A DNA stretch of 35,340 nucleotides, taken from a virus. The translations under genes were made by a program, and so were the position numbers. Below, piece by piece: positions 30,274 through 35,340 of the stretch (positions are counted from its first letter, which is position 1; each line of letters begins with the position of its first letter). Location of the stretch: the IMG/VR virus record IMGVR_UViG_3300020728_000001, one strand, 5' to 3'. A model generated the notes under the pieces. It did no database searches and was not told where the DNA came from. It saw nothing but the letters and a program-made list of their open reading frames with translations.

Positions 30274-30788
30274 GTTTTTACTTTCAGACCCTCATGATCA
30301 ACCATAGTCCCAGCACCCGCCTTGGGTGGTGTGAATTGTCCTATATCTCTGGGCATAATGGAAACAGATTCGTCTTTTACGGCCTTAAACTGCCCACCCA
30401 TAACCGATTTAAGGTTAATGTTACCACCATTGCCCCACATAACGCTATCCCCAGGCCGTGGTTCTTTAGGTTGCTCTGCCATTCGCTTGTTGTTGGCCTC
30501 CATAGCCTCAGTTGCCTGGTTAAACTCCTTGTCTGACAGCTTATTTTTGCGTTTTAGGTAGCCAGACTGGTGCTCACCCGCTTTGGTGGACTTGATGTCG
30601 GTCATATCAAAGTCCATAGCCAGCTGCTGTAGGTTTTTGTCTGTTTTTGTGGTCTTGGAAGACTTTATAGCCACTGGTTGAAGAAAAACCACAGATAAAG
30701 CAGCATTACACCCCTTTATCGGGCACTTGGCCTCTCTAGACTCAAATACACCGTGCGATTCGCAGAAATAGTCCTTTAGAACACCCAT
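30270..30788 (-). CDS. Hypothetical protein with an N-terminal zinc-ribbon-like motif
   Basis: Track ORF 30270..30833 trimmed to ATG 30788 (AAGGGGGT SD). 172 aa. YFCESHG...CPIKGC. ATGA overlap with the portal. Confidence 0.5.
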   Translation of the reverse strand: MGVLKDYFCESHGVFESREAKCPIKGCNAALSVVFLQPVAIKSSKTTKTDKNLQQLAMDFDMTDIKSTKAGEHQSGYLKRKNKLSDKEFNQATEAMEANNKRMAEQPKEPRPGDSVMWGNGGNINLKSVMGGQFKAVKDESVSIMPRDIGQFTPPKAGAGTMVDHEGLKVKT

Positions 30789-30789
30789 A

Positions 30790-31188
30790 TTACCCCCTTT
30801 TTGACAAAATATCGTTGAAATTGCTGTAATCATGCCTGTTTACAGCCCCTAGTTTGATTTTTGCTGCCCCACTTGATAGGTCAATTTTTAGCTGAGACAC
30901 CATAGGAACAACTGGTTCTTTCCTAAAATCCACATATCTGTGACCTGAAAACTTACGCATGACCTTCACTCTGCCTGTTTTCCACATGGCATAAGCCCTG
31001 TTGACCCGTCTTTGGGTGTATTCAGTCAGCGGTCTGTTCTCTTTAACGAACACTTCTTCCATGTGCATCTTAGAAAGTCCCGCCAGTTCCCCAAATAGTT
31101 CAATAGAAATGCCCCTGTCCTTGTCCTTGAAGAACAATTTGATCTCTGTCATAAGCTGTTGCTTGCTAAGAGCGTGCGTCTTTTCCAC
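30790..31188 (-). CDS. Hypothetical protein (possible HTH segment)
   Basis: 132 aa. ISIELFGELAGLSKMHMEEV looks HTH-like. Overlaps the terminase 3' end by 23 nt. Confidence 0.45.
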   Translation of the reverse strand: MEKTHALSKQQLMTEIKLFFKDKDRGISIELFGELAGLSKMHMEEVFVKENRPLTEYTQRRVNRAYAMWKTGRVKVMRKFSGHRYVDFRKEPVVPMVSQLKIDLSSGAAKIKLGAVNRHDYSNFNDILSKRG

Positions 31189-32935
31189 CGTAGACTCCTA
31201 TCATCTTCAAGTAGTTGGAGACATTCTTGCCAACTGCAAGTTGTTCTGGCGTGTACTCGTCTTGTTTGAGAGACATCTCCTTAGATAGACGCATACCGAT
31301 TAGCCTTGGCTGCACTTGTTCTGCCCACGCAATGGTTGCTAGAGCAGCTGCTATCACTCGGTCATCCTTGCCACGGCCTGGTGCGCCTATAAACCCGTTC
31401 TCCCGCACAATGCCTTTCATCTCTTCTAGCGTATCCATGCTGTAAATGCCCATCATGCCACGTTCAAAGTAATCCTTCATGTAAGACAGCATACGCTCTT
31501 TAGAACTAGAACTGGTCACAAACCCAATGGAGGAGGACAGGCCACCCATGTTGTCCATGCGTCTCCAAATGTAGTTGGACATACTGCCCAGCACGTCCAT
31601 CAAGCCTCTGCCCGTGTCCCCTGTCATTGCTGCAGCCAGGCGTTTGAGGTTTCTTAGTTCATTGATTACGGCTTGGCCTGGACCGTTCACTTCTAGGTTG
31701 AGCGTACTATTCTTGTATGCCCCCGCCAGATGAGCAATAACCCATGCGAATTGGTAGGTGTTGAGTTCTGATGTTGCAAACTCTGCCACTTGATCAAGAC
31801 CATCCGCATAAACTCGAAACACCTGAATGCAGAATCTATCGGCCCAGTCTGATGATCCGTAGGCAGGATCTGCACCGATGACGTAGTAGGCTGAGTCAAC
31901 TGGTTGTTGCCATATCCGCAGGGTAGCGAGACGATCTGTTGATTGAAGGCACTCTGTATCTTGAAAGAGTTGTCCAAATGCGTATCTGTAACACTCATAG
32001 TCCAACCCCTTTGCGTGCTTGGCTGCGTCTGTGCAGCGACTGTTAGAAAAGAAACTTGTTCCCGTCATCACAAACGCATAGTCCTCAGTGGGTGGAAACT
32101 CCTGGTACATAAGGGTTTCGTCCTTGATCCCCTCTGCCATCTTCCACCGCCACCAGGCCATTTGTCTGCTGTTGACCTCAACCCCGTACATCTTTTTGAT
32201 TTCCCTGACCCACTCTTTCTCATCAGACTTGAGTTTGCCATCCCAATACACTTTGTACTCTTTGCTCTCAGCATCTACGCTGTAGTATTCGTTTCTCCAC
32301 CAGCCACAGAAGATTGCACGCTGAGTACGGGCTTTCTTAGCGGTCTTGTACATATCATGGAACATATTGAACCCCTGTGCCGTGGACTCGAATAGGTAGA
32401 GTCGTTCAGGGTTCTTTTCTGCGAGTGAGGCGATGAGAGACGCTAGTCCTTCTTCATTTCCCCAGGATGCGGTCTCTGTACCATGTAGGTAAGTGATAGC
32501 CTTGCCTTGGCCCAGTCGAGCTTTGTTTCCCGCAATCTGGTAGAAAATACGACTTCTGTTCTTGAGGACCATTTGGTTGCGATTGTGGGCCACCAACGGA
32601 ATCTTGTACTCTTTGGGTAAACCCTCAATGTACATTCCCAGTGTTGAGCGGAACATATCCCTGTTCTCTTCTGTATCTGCAACGAGTGTTCCTTGCCACC
32701 CAGGATGTGTGAACTGCCAATACAAATCCAATGCCAACGACACTGTGGTGATCCCCAGCTGCCGCCCTTTGAGTATGACGAAAAAGTGGACATCTTCTTT
32801 TAACCCCTTATCAATCTCACCCATCACATACGATTGAGTCCCCAGAAGTTTGCCCATCTTCTTGAGACCCTCTTCCTTGGTCTCAATCTTGAGTTCACTA
32901 CAGAACTTGTAGAACTGCTGGAGGTTGAAGTTCAT
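31166..32935 (-). CDS. Terminase large subunit
   Basis: 589 aa. ILKGRQLGITT is Walker A-like (K-x-R-Q-x-G-x-S/T pattern). LYLFESTAQG lies in the ATPase region. A C-terminal IGADPAYGSSDWAD segment is nuclease-like. Confidence 0.85.
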   Translation of the reverse strand: MNFNLQQFYKFCSELKIETKEEGLKKMGKLLGTQSYVMGEIDKGLKEDVHFFVILKGRQLGITTVSLALDLYWQFTHPGWQGTLVADTEENRDMFRSTLGMYIEGLPKEYKIPLVAHNRNQMVLKNRSRIFYQIAGNKARLGQGKAITYLHGTETASWGNEEGLASLIASLAEKNPERLYLFESTAQGFNMFHDMYKTAKKARTQRAIFCGWWRNEYYSVDAESKEYKVYWDGKLKSDEKEWVREIKKMYGVEVNSRQMAWWRWKMAEGIKDETLMYQEFPPTEDYAFVMTGTSFFSNSRCTDAAKHAKGLDYECYRYAFGQLFQDTECLQSTDRLATLRIWQQPVDSAYYVIGADPAYGSSDWADRFCIQVFRVYADGLDQVAEFATSELNTYQFAWVIAHLAGAYKNSTLNLEVNGPGQAVINELRNLKRLAAAMTGDTGRGLMDVLGSMSNYIWRRMDNMGGLSSSIGFVTSSSSKERMLSYMKDYFERGMMGIYSMDTLEEMKGIVRENGFIGAPGRGKDDRVIAAALATIAWAEQVQPRLIGMRLSKEMSLKQDEYTPEQLAVGKNVSNYLKMIGVYGGKDARS

Positions 32936-33597
32936 AGGGGTGTTCTACAGGGCAACATATTGTTGTAGTCAAACGTGTTGTTCCTAATGCCCTTACAGAT
33001 GTTGTGAAACAAGGTTGCATTGTTGGGCATTCTGCCCTGGTACAAGTGAAACACCCCTCCCTCAAAGTGTGTGCCTATCCCGTACTTCCCGTAGGTATGC
33101 AAGTCCCACGCCCCCTCTTCTGGGGTCTTGAAGTAGTGGGTTGGATAAAGAGTCTTGTACTTGACCTTGTAAATTTCGGCAGCATAGCTCACGTTCTCTG
33201 CCACGTCACACGTCTCATTCTCACAAAATGACGGTCTTCCCATATCATCCCAAATGTCTCTGCTGATGGCTAGAAAGGCGGGGGCTGCATAGATATGTGA
33301 GTAGGGTGCAATATGATTGCTCACCTGGGCAATCCCCACCATGCTTTTGTTGTTTAGGGCAAACCCTATAGCCTTGTCCACAATCTCCTTGTTGGTGGGC
33401 ACACAGTCAATGTCCAGAAACAACTTCACCTCTGCCATGCTGGACATCATGATGTTGTCCATCCAAATCCCGTGTGGGATTTCTTGTTCTGTGTAATTCA
33501 CAGTCAGCCCCAGATGCTCACAGGTTTCTTTGTGAGCGTTGACAATCAGACGGTCTACATTAGGCCAGTGTAAGCAGTGAATCTGGGGTTGCATCAT
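32932..33597 (-). CDS. Glycosyltransferase-like protein (DxD motif), tentative
   Basis: 221 aa. VKLFLDIDCVP contains D-I-D. ATGA overlaps with the GT2 gene and the terminase. Confidence 0.4.
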   Translation of the reverse strand: MMQPQIHCLHWPNVDRLIVNAHKETCEHLGLTVNYTEQEIPHGIWMDNIMMSSMAEVKLFLDIDCVPTNKEIVDKAIGFALNNKSMVGIAQVSNHIAPYSHIYAAPAFLAISRDIWDDMGRPSFCENETCDVAENVSYAAEIYKVKYKTLYPTHYFKTPEEGAWDLHTYGKYGIGTHFEGGVFHLYQGRMPNNATLFHNICKGIRNNTFDYNNMLPCRTPL

Positions 33598-34292
33598 TTG
33601 TAAATCATCCTGGCTAGTTTATAAATCTCTACTGTCTTGTCTGTCATCATGATCATCTGTGAGTCAACGGGTGGCACTTCTCCTACCGCCTTGTAGTGCT
33701 GCACTACCCTAGTCGAGTAATTCACAGTAGGCTTTAATGATCTGGCTACCCTGACATTATGAGCCTTCACGTTTGCCCACATATGACGGTCTCCTACCGC
33801 ACAGTCAGCTCTACTCTTGAACATCCAGTTGCGTGCCAGGTGGTGCGCTGTAGGCCCAAACAAATAACAGTTGGTATCATTAAAGTCATACCCGTCTGAC
33901 TCCTCGTCCACGCACATCCACGAACCATCTTCTCTGTAGAGGTTTCTAGGACAGGTCACCACGTCCACGTTGGCCTCCTTCATGACCCCCAACATTGTCT
34001 CTAGGTGATTAGGTTCATACCAACAGTCTGCATCCAAAAAGGCAATGTAGTCGTACCCCTGTGCAGACGCTACCGCAGCCCCCACCCCTCTGGGCGTGTC
34101 TCCAAAATCAGCACTGTTGGGTATTGTGATGTGCTTGATCCAGGACAACTTTTCCACCACCTCATTAGGATACCCGTCTGCCACCATGAAGTGATCTACA
34201 TGACTATGGGTCTGGTTGCCCACACTGGTCATGCAATTGGTCAGCGTTTCTATTTCTTCTTTGTAGTAAGGGGTAATAACCGCTATCCTCAT
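33594..34292 (-). CDS. Family-2 (GT-A) glycosyltransferase
   Basis: 232 aa. IAVITPYYKEE...SV.NQT...YIAFLDADCWYEP is the classic GT2 N-terminal signature with DxD. Confidence 0.8.
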   Translation of the reverse strand: MRIAVITPYYKEEIETLTNCMTSVGNQTHSHVDHFMVADGYPNEVVEKLSWIKHITIPNSADFGDTPRGVGAAVASAQGYDYIAFLDADCWYEPNHLETMLGVMKEANVDVVTCPRNLYREDGSWMCVDEESDGYDFNDTNCYLFGPTAHHLARNWMFKSRADCAVGDRHMWANVKAHNVRVARSLKPTVNYSTRVVQHYKAVGEVPPVDSQMIMMTDKTVEIYKLARMIYK

Positions 34293-34585
34293 TCTTGTTC
34301 CCTTGTGTTCTTATCCTTGAGTTTGGCTTGAACCGCAAGATATAAACTTTCCCAATCGTGATGCTCTGCAACTAATTTTTGTTTATCCTCATCAGTCAAC
34401 CCTACCCATGTGCGTTGTGGTGCGACATAATTTGGCCCCGCCATGTGTTCGTGGAATTGCTCCCACGCCACAGGCTCATCTTTTTTTTCTAATGCTTCAT
34501 CTTTAGCAATAGCATCAAAAATAGTGCGTACCATACCTTCGCTAAAATGTTCGCAGAGTAAAATAACTGCTTCGTCTTTAGTCAT
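34289..34585 (-). CDS. Small protein of the EPVAW...TWVGLTDE(E/D) paralogue family
   Basis: 98 aa. DEPVAWEQF...QRTWVGLTDEDKQ...KLKDKN. Confidence 0.65.
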   Translation of the reverse strand: MTKDEAVILLCEHFSEGMVRTIFDAIAKDEALEKKDEPVAWEQFHEHMAGPNYVAPQRTWVGLTDEDKQKLVAEHHDWESLYLAVQAKLKDKNTREQE

Positions 34586-34917
34586 ATGTTGCGCTCCTTC
34601 AGCTTGGTTTCTAAAGCTCTTGCATTTTGTTGAAAACTCATGGTATCCATGTATATTTGTTCAATTTCCTCATCCGTCAGTCCTACCCATGTGCGTTCTG
34701 CTGTAATGTAAAGAGGTACTGTATAGCTACCTTCTTCACGCTCATGTTCGGCAGGGCAGATTACATCAAGGATAACTCCGTCTTTTTCCATGCCCCACGC
34801 CACAGGCTTAACTTGCTCTTGTTTTGGTTGTTGTAGTTCTTCATTAGGGCATTTGCAAGTTCTTGGATTGCCTACATACCAAGATTCGCCACAATCTTCG
34901 CAACAAAACTTAAACAT
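34582..34917 (-). CDS. Small protein of the same paralogue family, with an N-terminal 4-Cys motif
   Basis: 111 aa. CCEDCG...CKCP, then KPVAWG...ERTWVGLTDEEIEQ...KLKERN. Confidence 0.65.
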   Translation of the reverse strand: MFKFCCEDCGESWYVGNPRTCKCPNEELQQPKQEQVKPVAWGMEKDGVILDVICPAEHEREEGSYTVPLYITAERTWVGLTDEEIEQIYMDTMSFQQNARALETKLKERNI

Positions 34918-35340
34918 GATTTTTCTCCTTGAGGTATTTTTCGTAGTCGCTCATTAAAGATACTGCCGTTTTTCTGTCCCAGTTTGATGGGTAATACGCA
35001 ACAACAAATTGCGCCTTTTCCTCATCCGTAAGTCCTACCCATGTGCTTTGTGGTGTGGTGTAAAGAGGTTTCCATTCTTGTGTTTCTTTTTTTAACGAAA
35101 CACCTCGTTGATTTAAACCTTGTAAATACCACGCCACAGGCTCATCCTTCGCTTCTTGCTGTGGTGCAACATAACCAACCACTTCAGCATTGAAAGCAAT
35201 CTGTGGTTTTCCCATGTCAGGATAAAACTGTTCCCAAGGCACAGGCTCTTGCTTCTCTGCGTCTGCGATGGCTTGGCGTAGGGATGTGGTTGCTTCATCA
35301 ACTTGATCAAACACAAAATCATCCCCAGTAAGAGAACCAT
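34910..35340 (-). CDS. C-terminal part of the junction-spanning ORF (same paralogue family). The frame is open to the window end
   Basis: The track lists 34910..35314 from a GTG, but the frame stays open through 35340 and continues at bases 100..580 of the circular molecule. QEPVPWEQF...DEPVAWYLQ...STWVGLTDEEKAQ...YLKEKN. Confidence 0.6.
   Translation of the reverse strand, partial: GSLTGDDFVFDQVDEATTSLRQAIADAEKQEPVPWEQFYPDMGKPQIAFNAEVVGYVAPQQEAKDEPVAWYLQGLNQRGVSLKKETQEWKPLYTTPQSTWVGLTDEEKAQFVVAYYPSNWDRKTAVSLMSDYEKYLKEKNHV
35242..35340. repeat. Second copy of the 99-bp terminal overlap
   Basis: Identical to 1..99. Confidence 0.95.

Noticed and set aside
34388-35045. The three ~35-nt repeats as a CRISPR-like or iteron array.
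   Set aside because: They are about 85% identical rather than exact, irregularly spaced (about 280 and 340 nt), and lie in frame within paralogous coding sequences (the TWVGLTDEE motif).

Overview
The window is a complete tailed-phage genome closed on itself. Bases 1-99 are identical to 35242-35340, so the unique length is 35,241 bp, and one ORF is split by the linearisation point.

Organisation: two divergent transcription arms leave a 640-bp non-coding control region (1341..1981) and converge at 8453..8456.
- Plus arm (1982..8456): a GP88-like Cys-rich protein, small orphan genes each with its own upstream cassette, a Red-like recombination module (YqaJ-type exonuclease, RecT/Red-beta-like annealase, SSB-like protein with a DDSIPF tail, small PD-(D/E)XK-like nuclease), one tRNA-Lys(UUU), and a GT-A-like glycosyltransferase.
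- Minus arm (1340 down through the junction to 8453): almost every gene overlaps its neighbour by ATGA or similar. In order it carries a tandem family of small paralogous ORFs, two glycosyltransferase-like genes, large terminase, portal, scaffold, major capsid protein, tail/nozzle and fibre genes, a block of low-complexity internal-virion-like proteins, and a lysis cassette (holin-like protein, M15 peptidase endolysin).

I recognised no integrase, repressor, DNA polymerase, helicase/primase or RNA polymerase. The gene set looks podovirus-like: no tape-measure or sheath candidates. Product calls rest on remembered motifs, not on searches.

Most interesting observations:
1. An orphan, GC-rich, ORF-free unit of about 455 nt, bounded by a near-consensus promoter and a strong intrinsic terminator, sits just upstream of the first gene of the 27-kb minus arm. 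It could be an ncRNA or an antitermination leader.
2. An in-frame A_AAA_AAG slippery heptamer in the gene upstream of the holin. Its -1 frame adds a transmembrane tail and ends in an ATGA overlap with the holin start. The phage's only tRNA is tRNA-Lys(UUU).
3. Three glycosyltransferase-like genes alongside structural proteins very dense in N-x-S/T.
4. An internal promoter with a perfect 8-4-8 palindrome, next to SD-preceded mini-ORFs encoding highly basic peptides.
5. Several tandem-repeat and paralogue expansions.
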